A stretch of DNA of 64,000 nt from Pedosphaera sp. (GTDB taxonomy: Bacteria; Verrucomicrobiota; Verrucomicrobiia; Limisphaerales; SIBH01), in assembly GCA_031414955.1 (NCBI GenBank), contig JANOQV010000102.1, forward strand, positions 23,774-87,773, written 5' to 3'. Positions 30,091 to 40,963 of the stretch are shown one piece after another. A model generated the notes under the pieces. The model saw nothing but the letters and a program-made list of their open reading frames with translations, searched no databases and was not told the origin of the DNA. The stretch's first letter is position 1, and the number at the start of each line of letters is the position of its first letter. The position numbers and the translations under genes are program-made.

Positions 30091-30702
30091 TCAGCGCCTC
30101 GTCCCGTATACGGACGCGGCTGGCTTTGCCCTTCTGTCCACTGGCTCAAACTTCCAACCTTTACTTGTCCACGTCGCTTCGAGCTTCTGGCGCTTGAATG
30201 GTTTGAGCTTCAACCGCTGCCTCCACTTGGCCACTGCATCCCATTCCAAGAGTTCGTTGTTGAGCATGACCCGGCAGACTTTCAGGAGAGAATCCTGCGA
30301 GAGCGAGTAAAGCGGCTTGAGTCCGTCCTTGGCTTCGGCCCAGTGGGTGACGAGAAAAGCAGCGACGGCAGGATGCTGAGGTCGAGTGAGACTTTCCCAG
30401 CCCTTGGTCTTGTCCGCGAGCAACCGCCCAAGGCTGATGAAAAAGGCATGGTCGTTCCGCTTGACTGCATCCGCGATGACTTCTGGATACGGCGAGCCTC
30501 TGAGGTCGCGCACCGGGTCATACTGGATGGCCCACTGCAACCGGAGCGCAGCTTCCTGCTGCGGCGTCCGGCGCTTACGCTTGAGCATCTTGAAGAACGA
30601 CCCTGCCAGTCCATAGTTCGTATACAGGAATGACTGGGCTGCATCCGCCGAGGCTTTGATTTCCGCCAGTTCCTTTGGAGTGATGGGGCGTGACTTGGGC
30701 AT
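30091..30702 (-). CDS. Hypothetical protein
   Basis: 203-aa ORF with a paralogous fragment at 27373-27500. Confidence 0.6.
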   Translation of the reverse strand: MPKSRPITPKELAEIKASADAAQSFLYTNYGLAGSFFKMLKRKRRTPQQEAALRLQWAIQYDPVRDLRGSPYPEVIADAVKRNDHAFFISLGRLLADKTKGWESLTRPQHPAVAAFLVTHWAEAKDGLKPLYSLSQDSLLKVCRVMLNNELLEWDAVAKWRQRLKLKPFKRQKLEATWTSKGWKFEPVDRRAKPAASVYGTRR

Positions 30703-30729
30703 CGACGTTGACTCCGCAGTTTGCCTCGT

Positions 30730-30918
30730 CTACGCCTTCCTGCTACGGAGCTTGGTAACGTCGGCTCGCGAATACATGAAGGCGTTGCCATTCTTCGTGA
30801 AGCGCAGCTTCCCTTCGACCCGCAGGTGCATCAACTCGCAGGACTCGACACCCAGCGCCCTCTCGACCTCCTTGCTGGTCAGCCAGTCGTTGGGTTTCTC
30901 GGCCTTGTCCATGTTCAA
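30730..30918 (-). CDS. Small excisionase-like HTH protein
   Basis: NDWLTSKEVERALGV...LRFTKNGNAFMYSRADV; paralog of the N-terminus of 29231..29794. Confidence 0.65.
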   Translation of the reverse strand: MNMDKAEKPNDWLTSKEVERALGVESCELMHLRVEGKLRFTKNGNAFMYSRADVTKLRSRKA

Positions 30919-33900
30919 CTAGGTGTGGAGGACGACGCCTGCTTCAAAGCCTCGACGACTTGCGCGAGGAAGTCGCTGTCTACGAAAGGCACCTGACCGA
31001 AAATAATTTCGGGTGCGCCTTCGAGCTTCGCGGCGAGATGGCCCTTTCCGAGAAGACGCTCCGCGCCTTTTTCACCGAGCGCGATTTCGGACGTGCCTTC
31101 GCCGTCCACGCGGAGCACGAGTCGATTGCCGAGGTTCGCACGAAGCTGCATCGGCATCACGTTGGCGTCCGGGCGCTGCGCTGCGAAGACCAGCGAGATG
31201 CCTGCGGCGCGGGCCTTCACGCCGAGTCGGCCAACGATGTCCGACACGGCATCTGAGTATTCTGGCGTCATCATCCATTCGGCGAACTCGTCATGGATGA
31301 CCCAGAGAAAAGGCAGGCGCTCGGTCGCGGTCGGCTTCTTGTTCAGGTCAAAGATGTTTGAAACCTTGTTCTCCTTGAGGACGGTGTAGCGCCGGTTCAT
31401 CTCAGCGACGAGTTCATTCAGCTTTTGGATGGCCGTGTCCTGCGCGTCGATGATGCCGCCTTGCAGGTGGGGCAAGCCCTCGAACGCGAAGTAGTCCACG
31501 CCCTGCTTCGGGTCGATGAGCACGATGCTCGCCTGCGCGGTCGTGTTGGTGCAGGCGATGCCCAAGATGATGTTCTGCATCAACACGGACTTGCCGCTGC
31601 CGGTAGAGCCAGCGATGAGCGTGTGCGGCGCGTTGGATTTCGGGGAAATAAACAGCGGGCTGCTGTCTTCCTCGCGCACCGCAATCAGCAAGTCGTGATT
31701 ACCGTTCGTGCAGTTCGGGTTCCAGTTCTTCCACACGTCAGGCAGATGCAGCACACGACGGTTCGGGCGAGCGATGGCGATGGACACGATACCGGGTTCA
31801 GCACGAACGGAGATGACGTTCAGCCCGTGAGTGGTCAGGAATTCCGAACGCCGCTTGAGCACCTGCTCCACCGTGAGGTTGGCGCTGCCTTGGAATTTCA
31901 ACAGCGCCGCGTTGGGCGTAAGCGCCTTCGTCAGCAACTTCGATTGAAGCTGGAACTGCTGCAACGCGCCTTTGCACTTGCTCTCAACCTGACGCAGCCA
32001 TTCCTCGTCGGCGGCGCTGTCTTGTGAACCGCCCTGATAACCGGCGACGAGCTGGCCCACCTGCGGGAACGGCCATGTGCCACTGGGCGCGGCTTGAGGT
32101 GCCGGTGTGGGTGCAGACGCGAGAGCGGGTGCCGGAGTTGGTGTGGGCATTGCAGGAGTAGTTGGGGTTGTCGGCTGCGACGAACCGCTGCCGCCTGAGC
32201 CGGGCGCGATGCCGCCAGTGTTCGGTTCCACGTCCACAGTGCGGCGGTGAACAATCTGGATGCGGTCTGATGGCTTGCGGTAGGTCTGCTCAGTCCAGAT
32301 GTCGCTGCCTGCGTTCGCTTTTCGGATGGCCGTTGGGTTCGCATCCTTCGCGTAGCTCAACACCAACTCGCGCAGCCGTGCTCGCGAGAAGACTTCCTGC
32401 CACGAGTCATCGGACTCTGCCACGGTTACGAAGTCGGAGCACTCCGGCGAATCCGATGGGCCGGATACGAAGACGTGCGAGTAGCCGCGCATGTGAATGC
32501 CGCACTCACCGCAACGCACGGCCTTTCGCCATGCGGACAAATCAATGGGCGAATTCGCCGGAAACTGGATGCCGTTCAGCATTAAGTCGGAGAAGCGTGA
32601 CAGCCACAGGTCACGGTCGAGCCGCTGCGGGTCACCGAAGATGGCGTCGTGGATGCGACGAACCGTGTCGCGCAGTTGCTTCTGCGACTCCTTCCGCTTG
32701 GCGGAGAGGCTGGCGTGGTCGATGTATTTGGACTCTGCCACGATGACCGCCAGTTGGAGTTTTCCATCCGGCGTCTGCTCCGGCGTGAGCGCGAGGATGT
32801 CGGCAATCTGTTCTTCGCGCTGGCCCAACCACTCGGCGTAGTCATCGAGGAAATACCAACCGAAGCGCCGCGTCGCACCAAGCTCGTGACGAATCATGTA
32901 GCGGCTGAGGACGACGCCCATCAGTTCACTGGCATTGCGCCCACGCTTGGCGGCACGCAGCACGATGTCGCCGGAGATTTCGTTCGCGTCGTTGATGAAC
33001 TTCTCGGTCAGGTCTTTGCACTCGGCATCGCTCAACTCAAGGTTCAAGTCCTTCACGCGGCCCAGCACCATCGAGCGCAGCAGACTTAATGAAGCCGTCG
33101 AAGAAATGAGAATGTTGCGCCCCTGCGTCGCGCCCTGCTTGTAACGGATGACCTTCACGTTCTGGTTCATCAGTTGGCGGCGGTCGAGAAGCTCATCGTA
33201 GTTCACCACCCAGTTTCCAAGGTTGTGAATCTCTTTGAAGATGCTCGCGGTCTGCGGGTCGTTGAAGTCGAGTTTGCGGGCCGGGAGCAGGCGCTTGCCT
33301 TCAACGCAATCCCAGTCGCCCCGGATGAACGTCGTCAGCGCGGTGATGAACGACCAGCCCTCTTTCATTTGCACGGGACAGCACAGGTAGACGACGGATT
33401 TCATGTCGTCGCTCGGCGAGGGACGCCGCCGTGACCAGCGGGCCGGGATGAAGGTCGCGGACTCCACAGGCACGCAGGTTTCCGTATACCACTCCATGCC
33501 CGCGTGTCGGGCGATGACATCCTGCAAGAACACCATGTCCGCCGGAGGGCCGTCCTTCGGGTCGGGCACAGGCGCTTGGTCGGCCATGATGCCGATGCGG
33601 AGCCGGGCCATGAAATCCTTCGCGGCCTCGCTGGACACAAACGAGTCTACGTCCGCGTCCGAGGACTCGATGATTTTCTCGTAGAGTTCACGCAGCTTCG
33701 CTCCATCGCGGTGACGGAGGATGATTTGGCAGCGCATGTCATCCTCGTCCTCGTGAAGCTCGTTCATCTTGTCTACGAGCGAATACGGCAACCGCGCCGA
33801 GTCGCAGTTGTAGAGGACGACCGAGAGGTTGGCCCGCTCGTGCGGGTAGAGGGACAGGAACCGCTTCGTCAAATCCACGATGAGCGTGGATGTCTCCGCC

Positions 33901-36191
33901 GGACTTTCGTTCGTGTCGTCGTAGCCGTCGTTGCTGATGACCGGGGACTCGTGAAGACTGTAGTCGAGATGATGGTCGGTCAGCGAAAGCATCTCCGGCT
34001 TCTTGTCGTGCCAGCCCAAGACGATTTCCGGGTAGTAGGGATGCGCGAGTTCCGCCTCAAGCTCATTGAAGAACAGCGGCGCGTCGCCGAAGAAAACATT
34101 TTCAGCCGTCAACAAATACCGGAGCAGCGATGAGACTTGGAGCGCCTTGTTCGCCATCGCCGAGAGCCGAAGTGGATGCCACGGCGCGACGATGGCGGTG
34201 ACACGACCGCCGTCTACAATGACGGAGCCGATTTGCAGTAACGGACGCAGCAGGCTCTCGCGGTTGCGGTCGCCCTTCGCGTCCCGGCAGATGGCATCGA
34301 GCAACACACCATAGTCTTCGGCCTGCTTGACCATCCCCGCGCAGGCCAGCCCGTCCTCGGCGAAGCCCTTCACCGCCGCTTGGTAGCTCTGCTGGAATGC
34401 TTGAAACAAAGCCAACAGCTTCGCGCCAGTCGCCTCGGACACGAGTCCGTCCTGCTGGGCCTTGATGAGATTCGCAGGCCAGAGCAGAGAGATGTCGTTC
34501 TCCTTTTTGTAGGTGGAGACGAACGAGCCACGGTCTTGACCGTAGGCGGGATAGAGCGTGCGGACGTTGCGGAGGTCGAGCGACTGGTAGCGGCCCTTGC
34601 CGCTCACTGGTTCCCGGTTCACGCGACAGAGCATCAGCGGATGGTCGGCGAGCCGCAGCCAATCACCGGGAAACTCGCTGGCGATGGAGTTCGGGTCATG
34701 CGACCAGACCAGTTGCTTGAAGTAGGTGTCCGTCGTCCCGGTGGAAAGCTCGACTTCGAGTTCAATCAGGAACTTCAACTGCAACGCGGCCTTGGCGGCG
34801 GATGCGTTGCGGAAGGGCTTCGTTGCTCTCCGCCACTGGTCGGTCAACGCCTCGAAGTTCAGCAAGTCGCCAACGTCCCATGAGACACGATTTCCAAAGA
34901 GCGCCTTCAATCCGTGATAGCGGCGGGCGAAGAACAGTCCGGCATCTTCGTTGAGTTCCTTGAGGTCTTTCTTCGTGCGCCGGTCGCAGGTGATTTTCAG
35001 ACGACGCTTGGACGATGGCGCGTCGTCGTGGTCGAACAGACGCTCCAAGCAAAGCGTGAGGCCAATCAGGAAATCCTCCGTCTCGATGGGCGCACCGAAG
35101 ATGAATCTGTCCCATTTAGACTTGAGCGCCGCCAACTCTTTGAGTTCGTTCCGGTGCCGACGATAAAAGTCTTCGTCCTCATCCTGCGCTTCGGTGCGGT
35201 TGTTCTCCCGGAGGCGCTCAAGGTAGTCGCGTTCGTCCGCCGTCAGGAGCGACTCATCGCGCTCCTCGTAAAATTCGAGCGTGGCTTTGCCGAGGTTGAA
35301 CTTCTCCTTTTTCAAGCCGTCGAACAACGGCTTCACCATTTCCCACTCGCAGTGAGCAAGGTCGGCAGCCTGCTGGTTCCACCCGCTCGCGGCAGCGATG
35401 AAGGCTTGAATGGTCGGGTGAATCTCGTCCGGGATGGATTCCTTCACCTTCACGAACGACTCCGACAAATCGTCTTCGAGCAGCAACGCTTGCGTCGGAG
35501 TCTGCTTCACAAGGAAGCACGCTCGCTTCTTGATGACCTGCGCGAAAAGCGCCTTCCACCGGGACGTGTGACCGGCGTTCTTTGGCGTGAGTGACGAAGC
35601 GAAAGCCGTGTCTTTCGGGACTTGCAGCGCGGGCAAGGCCACGCCCAGCGCGGCAAGCACGGGCTGACCGTCCTCGATGGCCACGCGGGTTTGCAAGATG
35701 TAGGCGGCAAGCCGGTCGAGGGCGAATGAACGGACTTCCAGCAGACCTTCCAGCGCCTTCACCCACCAATGCTGATGGTCGTCGAGGATGGGCAGACCCT
35801 CGGCAGCCCAGTTCACCCAGAGCGCAGGATGTGCGAGAAGTTCCGGTGCGCCAATCGGCACCAGTTCTTTGAGCGACTGCTCTTCGTCGTCGCCGGTGTT
35901 GGCTACGAGCAGAGCGGATTTCGCGCATGAGGCGTTTCGGAAATACGTCGTGCGCTCATTCGTGAGGATGTGCGCGGGCAACCCGTGTTCACCGACAAAG
36001 TGGATGGGCAGTTTGATGTCTACCAGCGCAGCGAGCGAAGCATCGTCAAGGATGGCCTTGGCGACCGCAGCCGTCTGGTCGGCGCTCAGGCAATCAAGTT
36101 GGTAACGGGCGACGCCGGTCGAATCATCTTCTGTGAGACGGTCGCGCAGATAACTCGCGACGACTTTGCCAATGAGTTGGTCGCTGGTCAT
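30915..36191 (-). CDS. sspH: SspH/DptH-like large protein with C-terminal FtsK/HerA ATPase
   Basis: Walker A AGSTGSGKS, Walker B VIHDEFA, AQRP, GAERLLGKG; upstream PD-(D/E)xK-like DILAL...ESK. Last of a three-gene set following sspBCD. Confidence 0.7.
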   Translation of the reverse strand: MTSDQLIGKVVASYLRDRLTEDDSTGVARYQLDCLSADQTAAVAKAILDDASLAALVDIKLPIHFVGEHGLPAHILTNERTTYFRNASCAKSALLVANTGDDEEQSLKELVPIGAPELLAHPALWVNWAAEGLPILDDHQHWWVKALEGLLEVRSFALDRLAAYILQTRVAIEDGQPVLAALGVALPALQVPKDTAFASSLTPKNAGHTSRWKALFAQVIKKRACFLVKQTPTQALLLEDDLSESFVKVKESIPDEIHPTIQAFIAAASGWNQQAADLAHCEWEMVKPLFDGLKKEKFNLGKATLEFYEERDESLLTADERDYLERLRENNRTEAQDEDEDFYRRHRNELKELAALKSKWDRFIFGAPIETEDFLIGLTLCLERLFDHDDAPSSKRRLKITCDRRTKKDLKELNEDAGLFFARRYHGLKALFGNRVSWDVGDLLNFEALTDQWRRATKPFRNASAAKAALQLKFLIELEVELSTGTTDTYFKQLVWSHDPNSIASEFPGDWLRLADHPLMLCRVNREPVSGKGRYQSLDLRNVRTLYPAYGQDRGSFVSTYKKENDISLLWPANLIKAQQDGLVSEATGAKLLALFQAFQQSYQAAVKGFAEDGLACAGMVKQAEDYGVLLDAICRDAKGDRNRESLLRPLLQIGSVIVDGGRVTAIVAPWHPLRLSAMANKALQVSSLLRYLLTAENVFFGDAPLFFNELEAELAHPYYPEIVLGWHDKKPEMLSLTDHHLDYSLHESPVISNDGYDDTNESPAETSTLIVDLTKRFLSLYPHERANLSVVLYNCDSARLPYSLVDKMNELHEDEDDMRCQIILRHRDGAKLRELYEKIIESSDADVDSFVSSEAAKDFMARLRIGIMADQAPVPDPKDGPPADMVFLQDVIARHAGMEWYTETCVPVESATFIPARWSRRRPSPSDDMKSVVYLCCPVQMKEGWSFITALTTFIRGDWDCVEGKRLLPARKLDFNDPQTASIFKEIHNLGNWVVNYDELLDRRQLMNQNVKVIRYKQGATQGRNILISSTASLSLLRSMVLGRVKDLNLELSDAECKDLTEKFINDANEISGDIVLRAAKRGRNASELMGVVLSRYMIRHELGATRRFGWYFLDDYAEWLGQREEQIADILALTPEQTPDGKLQLAVIVAESKYIDHASLSAKRKESQKQLRDTVRRIHDAIFGDPQRLDRDLWLSRFSDLMLNGIQFPANSPIDLSAWRKAVRCGECGIHMRGYSHVFVSGPSDSPECSDFVTVAESDDSWQEVFSRARLRELVLSYAKDANPTAIRKANAGSDIWTEQTYRKPSDRIQIVHRRTVDVEPNTGGIAPGSGGSGSSQPTTPTTPAMPTPTPAPALASAPTPAPQAAPSGTWPFPQVGQLVAGYQGGSQDSAADEEWLRQVESKCKGALQQFQLQSKLLTKALTPNAALLKFQGSANLTVEQVLKRRSEFLTTHGLNVISVRAEPGIVSIAIARPNRRVLHLPDVWKNWNPNCTNGNHDLLIAVREEDSSPLFISPKSNAPHTLIAGSTGSGKSVLMQNIILGIACTNTTAQASIVLIDPKQGVDYFAFEGLPHLQGGIIDAQDTAIQKLNELVAEMNRRYTVLKENKVSNIFDLNKKPTATERLPFLWVIHDEFAEWMMTPEYSDAVSDIVGRLGVKARAAGISLVFAAQRPDANVMPMQLRANLGNRLVLRVDGEGTSEIALGEKGAERLLGKGHLAAKLEGAPEIIFGQVPFVDSDFLAQVVEALKQASSSTPS

Positions 36192-37726
36192 CGGGCCTCC
36201 GCGTGATACGGGTTGACGACGTAAGCGCAGCCATCCGACAACCGGCGCAACAAGCCCAAGCTGCCGAGCCGCTGTTCAAGGCGACGCGAGTTGCCCTGAA
36301 ATGCCTTCTTATCGAACTCATCCTTCGAGAGCACCTGCTCGGCCTGCTTGTCCCCGAAGACCAATCCGTATCGCGAGTGTAGACGAGCAAGGAACTGATG
36401 AAGCTCGATGCGCTTTTCGACGTTGGCGAACAGGAGCGTCTTGAGCAGCGCGTCCGTTGGTGCGTAGCGCAGCTTCACGGTGCCGCGCTTTGACACGAGG
36501 CCGATTTCACGTCCGTAGTTGCGGTGGATGTTGGCAACGTGCTGGCGATGGCGCTTCATGGCATCTTGACGAAGCCGCGAGATGAGTTCTCCGGCATCCG
36601 ACGGGCCGTCGTAGTCCTCACCCCAACGCACTTGCTCTTTGAGAATCCGTCTACACTTCTCGAACGCTCCACTCTCGGTGATGGCCCGCTGCCAGTCGCC
36701 GGACTGCTCGATGTTGTTGATGAAAGTCTCAACGGCCTGTGCGGGCAGCAAGTTGTTCGACTGGTAGAGTTCGCAGGAAACCTCCCTGACGAGCGTCTTC
36801 TTCGGTGCGACCACTTCACAGATGAGCGTGAGCGGCGTGGGCGAGGCGAGAAGCTGTCGTGAAACGGTCAACTGGTATTTCAGCAGGTGCAGCCCGGCCA
36901 GATTGACCAGATGCGGATACACGTCGAAACCCGGAATGTTCAGCCGCAGCACGGCCAGCCAGTCGTCGGCAAGGTCATCGAAGCACGGGTGGCTTGCGTA
37001 AGGCAGAAACGCATTTGCGCGTTCGTTGCTGATGCCTTCGTCAGCGGTCGGTTGCAGGCACCGGATGATGGAATCCCATGTCTTGTCCGTCTTCGCCAAT
37101 CGTCCTTTGAGAGCGGCAAGAAGCTCCTGCTTGCGGCTCGTGCGGGAGAGCATCAAGTAGAGCATCTCGCCCGTCCTGCCGAAGAAGCGCCGGTCATTGG
37201 TCGAGGCGTTGTTGTCCAAGTCCTCGTAGAGACAATCGCGGCCATACGGAAAAACGAACTTCGATGTCCACCGCTTGTTGCTGTTCACTTCAAGGCTGGT
37301 CGAGCGCACCAACGACACGACTTCGCAAAAATCCTCGAACGAGTGGAAGTGGTCTTCGAGGAAGCCGAACTCCGGGTGATTGAGTCCCGTCGCCGCCGAC
37401 TTCATCCGCCGCAGCCATTCATCCCAACGGTTGGCGTCGTTGGGAAACGCCAGCCTGATTTCTGGCAGATGCGGATTGTTGAAGAGGATGTTCCGAAGGT
37501 AGAGCCGGTGAGCAGCGCGATACTTCAACTCGTTCGGTCTGCCCTGTTCGTCAAAAGCACGGCCCTTGTCGTCCTCGTGTGTGAACACGTTCAGGAACTC
37601 AAGGAACACAAACCACGGCAACTGCTCGTCGTAAAGGCGGTGTCCCCATATCGCCTCGTCCACCCACATGGAGGACGATTGCTCCAAGCTCTCCGGCGGC
37701 GGCAAGGTTTGTGGCAGCGCGTTCAT
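36188..37726 (-). CDS. sspG: SspG/DptG-like protein
   Basis: IWGHRL, RYAPTDALL, C-terminal LGLLRRLSDGCAYVVNPY; lies between the F- and H-like genes with ATGA overlaps. Confidence 0.65.
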   Translation of the reverse strand: MNALPQTLPPPESLEQSSSMWVDEAIWGHRLYDEQLPWFVFLEFLNVFTHEDDKGRAFDEQGRPNELKYRAAHRLYLRNILFNNPHLPEIRLAFPNDANRWDEWLRRMKSAATGLNHPEFGFLEDHFHSFEDFCEVVSLVRSTSLEVNSNKRWTSKFVFPYGRDCLYEDLDNNASTNDRRFFGRTGEMLYLMLSRTSRKQELLAALKGRLAKTDKTWDSIIRCLQPTADEGISNERANAFLPYASHPCFDDLADDWLAVLRLNIPGFDVYPHLVNLAGLHLLKYQLTVSRQLLASPTPLTLICEVVAPKKTLVREVSCELYQSNNLLPAQAVETFINNIEQSGDWQRAITESGAFEKCRRILKEQVRWGEDYDGPSDAGELISRLRQDAMKRHRQHVANIHRNYGREIGLVSKRGTVKLRYAPTDALLKTLLFANVEKRIELHQFLARLHSRYGLVFGDKQAEQVLSKDEFDKKAFQGNSRRLEQRLGSLGLLRRLSDGCAYVVNPYHAEAR

Positions 37727-39621
37727 GGCATGATTTCAACAGCCCGTGGGTCGGGCGTTCCTTGCTCGGTCAGAGATAGCAGCGTGAGCGAAATCGTGGA
37801 ACCCGCTGGTGCTTCTTCCTTGGCCTGACGCTTGGCGTAGGTGGCAATCAGCTGACTCTTGAACGCGAGCAAATCTTCGTAGCACTCCTTGGAGAAGCTG
37901 GCGGGCAGAGCGCCTTCCACCGCGATGCGCGACAGGAACTCGTAGCGGATGAGCGTCAGGTTGAAGTCTGCGAAACTGTCCGGCGTGAAATAGACGGACA
38001 GCAGCACCCGCCCGCTGGGCGGGTCAAAACGCAGCATCACTTTCTCGCCCTTGCTCGGCTCTACCGACACGCGTTCCACGAGGATGCGGCTCACCTTGGC
38101 CTGCGAGTAGTTGCCGCTCGTCGCCAAGAAAAGTTCACGGTCGCTATTGATGAGCATTCCCGTGAACACGCGGTTCAACCCCTTGACCAAGCGAGACACG
38201 AGCGGGCGCTTCACCACCGCGCTGCGTTTCAGCACGTCTACGATTTCTTCGAGGTATTCGCCGGCGAATCGGAACACGGTCAACTCCCACAGCTTCAACT
38301 CGCGCTCGGCCTCCTTGGGGATTTTGAAGAACAGTCCGCGGCGCTGGGCCACGAGCATTTGCAGAAACGCCTTGTCCTTGTCCTCATCCTCACTCGTGCC
38401 CTCTATGTATTCGTGTTTGGCGGCGTAGAACCGTTCGTCAGCACCATAGAACTTGTCCTGCTTGACGAAGGTCTTGAAGTAGCTGCCTAGATGTTCGTCG
38501 CCATCGCCGAAGATGAGCAGGTTGTCTACGCGGTTCGATGTCTCGTAGCCAATTTGAAACCGCTCCAAGAAATCAAAGATGGTGATGGACTGCCGCCGGA
38601 TGTCCGAGAGGTTCGCGCCGAAGATGTTGTTCTAGAGACTGGCCTTGGAGACGGTGCCGGCCGCGATGAGCTTCGGCACGTCGCTTGGCAGCATCAAATG
38701 CTGGCTGGCATCAGGATGACCGAGTACAGCGTTGGAGAGCAGCAGGAGAATCTGGCGCACTGGAACGTGAAGGCCATTGTGGTCGCACAATTCCAGCAGC
38801 GACCGCAGCCGCGCTTTGACCAACGGCGTGCCGAGCAGTTCGTAGTTCTGGCGGATGGGGCACTTCGGCCCGAACACGTCGTTCTCACCGGGCACGCCCT
38901 GCTTGAGTTCATCCCAGCCCGGATGAGCGAGGAACTTCTCGATGGCGCGGTCGAACAACTCGGCGGAACTGGCGCGGCTCAGGTTAAAAAATCGTAGACG
39001 CACTCCGGGTTGCTCCTGCCGGTCTTCGACCAATAAGTCCTCGAACACCTGCCGCGCCCGCTTCACGTCATCGGTGTCCTTCAAACGCCGGAAGGACTCA
39101 ATGAGTTGCCCGTCGTTGGCCGCGATAAGAAAAATCTCGTCCGCCTCGGCGTTGAACAACGAGTGGCAGAACTTTTGGAGCAGTGCCTCCTTGTCTACAT
39201 CCCACTCCGCTCCTTGCTGCGGTGCCCAACCGCTCAAGTCGCGAATGAAGTGAATTTGAACAGAACGGTACAGACTGGGTTCTTGGGAGTCGGGCCACTT
39301 GGCCCTGTCTTTGGGATAGTGGAAGCGGATGGTCAGGTAGGGGTTGTCGGATGCCCAGTCTTCTTCCTTCCCTTGGAGTGCCTTCCAAACCTGCCGACAC
39401 AAGTGCGTTTTGCCGTCACCCGCCGTGCCGGTCAGGATGACCGAAACGGGGTCAGCCGTAGCCTGATTGAAGGAGTCTGCGATGCGCTTCTGATACGGAT
39501 GCTCAAAGTCGATAGGGGCGATTCCCTGACGACGAGCCGACCGCTGAATCGTCTCGTCATACATGTTGTCATTCCGAGGCACCGGCCCGTAGTGACGAAG
39601 GAATTTCAGCCAGCTACTCAT
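37723..39621 (-). pseudogene. sspF: SspF/DptF-like P-loop protein interrupted by an in-frame TAG (38632-38634)
   Basis: ILTGTAGDGKTHL, IAANDGQL. The junction reads KASL*NNIFGANLSDIRRQSITIFDFLERF; both ORFs share one frame (1899 nt total). Confidence 0.68.
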
Positions 39622-40283
39622 TTATCCAAGCTCCGGCTCACGCATTTGCTCACGGCATCGGCAAAGTGTTGGTGAACGGAATCGTCCGTGGAGAAACCAC
39701 GGGCCTTTTTTGACGTGAAGTAAAGGCAGCCTAAAGCTGCATACCCCGCCTTTTTCGACTTCTTCTTCAACTCATCGAAGTCGTCCTTGGTGCAACATTC
39801 CGCGAAGAGGAAGGTGTTCTTCACGCCGAACTCTTTCATCTCTTTCGGATAGTCAGTGTCGACAGCGGTCAGGATAGACTTGCAACTGACAATCGCATGC
39901 GCCTTGGCAGCGTCGATGAATCGAAAATCCATTACGGGGTGTTCCTCGCCGTTCCACTTATCTACGTATCCCTTTTCGTGAATGATGATGTCGCATTCGC
40001 GGGAGCATGTGGCTCTATCCTTGTTCAGAAGGTGTCCCCAGCTTACTTCTACATTCTGGCCGGACAGCATCCCGCGAAGGATGTAGATTACGCGGGCCGA
40101 CAGGCGCAACCCTCGCACGAAGCGGAGGATTTCACCTTCGCGTTTTCCGGGTGAGACGCGAACATCCGGCGGTGATAGACGAAGCCCTTGAAACTCGGTA
40201 GCAAGCTGGTTGAATTTGCCGTAAGCCAAGTGCGCTCCAAATTTGTGCGCTGGACTGCCTTTCTTTTTTGCCACTTGGGTCAT
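39618..40283 (-). CDS. Putative PD-(D/E)xK-like nuclease (DUF6602-like)
   Basis: GKREGEILRF...SRECDIIIH...AIVSCKS pattern; lower GC. Confidence 0.55.
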   Translation of the reverse strand: MTQVAKKKGSPAHKFGAHLAYGKFNQLATEFQGLRLSPPDVRVSPGKREGEILRFVRGLRLSARVIYILRGMLSGQNVEVSWGHLLNKDRATCSRECDIIIHEKGYVDKWNGEEHPVMDFRFIDAAKAHAIVSCKSILTAVDTDYPKEMKEFGVKNTFLFAECCTKDDFDELKKKSKKAGYAALGCLYFTSKKARGFSTDDSVHQHFADAVSKCVSRSLDK

Positions 40284-40963
40284 GCGTTCTTCGATGAGGA
40301 AATAATTGTCTGGATGACATGGGTGACCGGAGTGCCTAATTCCTTCGCCGCCTCGCCAAGCGCCTCCTTGCCCTTTCGAGTCAACACTAGCCGACCCAGT
40401 GCGCCTTGAACTTCGACGCGGAGAATATCATCTCGCGGTATCTGCTCTTGAAACGCTCTAAGCAGGCTCGCCTCGTCGTGAGAACCGCGAATGACAAATT
40501 CGGCGATATACTCCCTTTGCGTCTTACTCCGCTTGACGCGCTCCAACACATCCTTCATGGAGTCGCTGACGCTTTGGTTCAGTTCAACAATCGCCCGGAC
40601 GTCAGAAGTGTCGATTTCTCCAGCAGCCAGAGCCTTCGCAACGACGTTTTGGTCGCCTGCCGAAATCTTGGCCAAATGCGCCGCTGCATCAACACTGTCC
40701 AGCACGCGGCGCTCAAATAGCTTCTGCACTGCCTTGGAAAGCTGTGTAACGGCGGAAAACTGCTTGAGCATTTTGGCAGAGAGGCCAATCCGTTCGGCGA
40801 CCGCTGCGTGACTTCCCAACGTCGCGACCGCCAACTCCAATTTGTAGGCGATTTCAGTCAGCGGGAACGGACGCTTCTTGCTTCGAGTGGAGGCGATAAG
40901 CACAGCGATGGCCTCATTTAGCTCCTTCTCGCTCGCCTTGCCTCCGGATGGACGCGACTTCAT
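40280..40963 (-). CDS. ParB/KorB-type HTH protein lacking the N-terminal CTPase domain
   Basis: AVAERIGLSAKMLKQFSAVTQLSKAVQKLF...AAHLAKI resembles the ParB HTH region; ATGA overlaps on both sides. Confidence 0.6.
   Translation of the reverse strand: MKSRPSGGKASEKELNEAIAVLIASTRSKKRPFPLTEIAYKLELAVATLGSHAAVAERIGLSAKMLKQFSAVTQLSKAVQKLFERRVLDSVDAAAHLAKISAGDQNVVAKALAAGEIDTSDVRAIVELNQSVSDSMKDVLERVKRSKTQREYIAEFVIRGSHDEASLLRAFQEQIPRDDILRVEVQGALGRLVLTRKGKEALGEAAKELGTPVTHVIQTIISSSKNA

Noticed and set aside
38632..38634. Stop-codon reassignment as the explanation for the internal stops
   Set aside because: TAG and TAA end other genes normally here (e.g. 29231, 30730, 47222 with TAG; 41797 with TAA), and the two internal stops differ.
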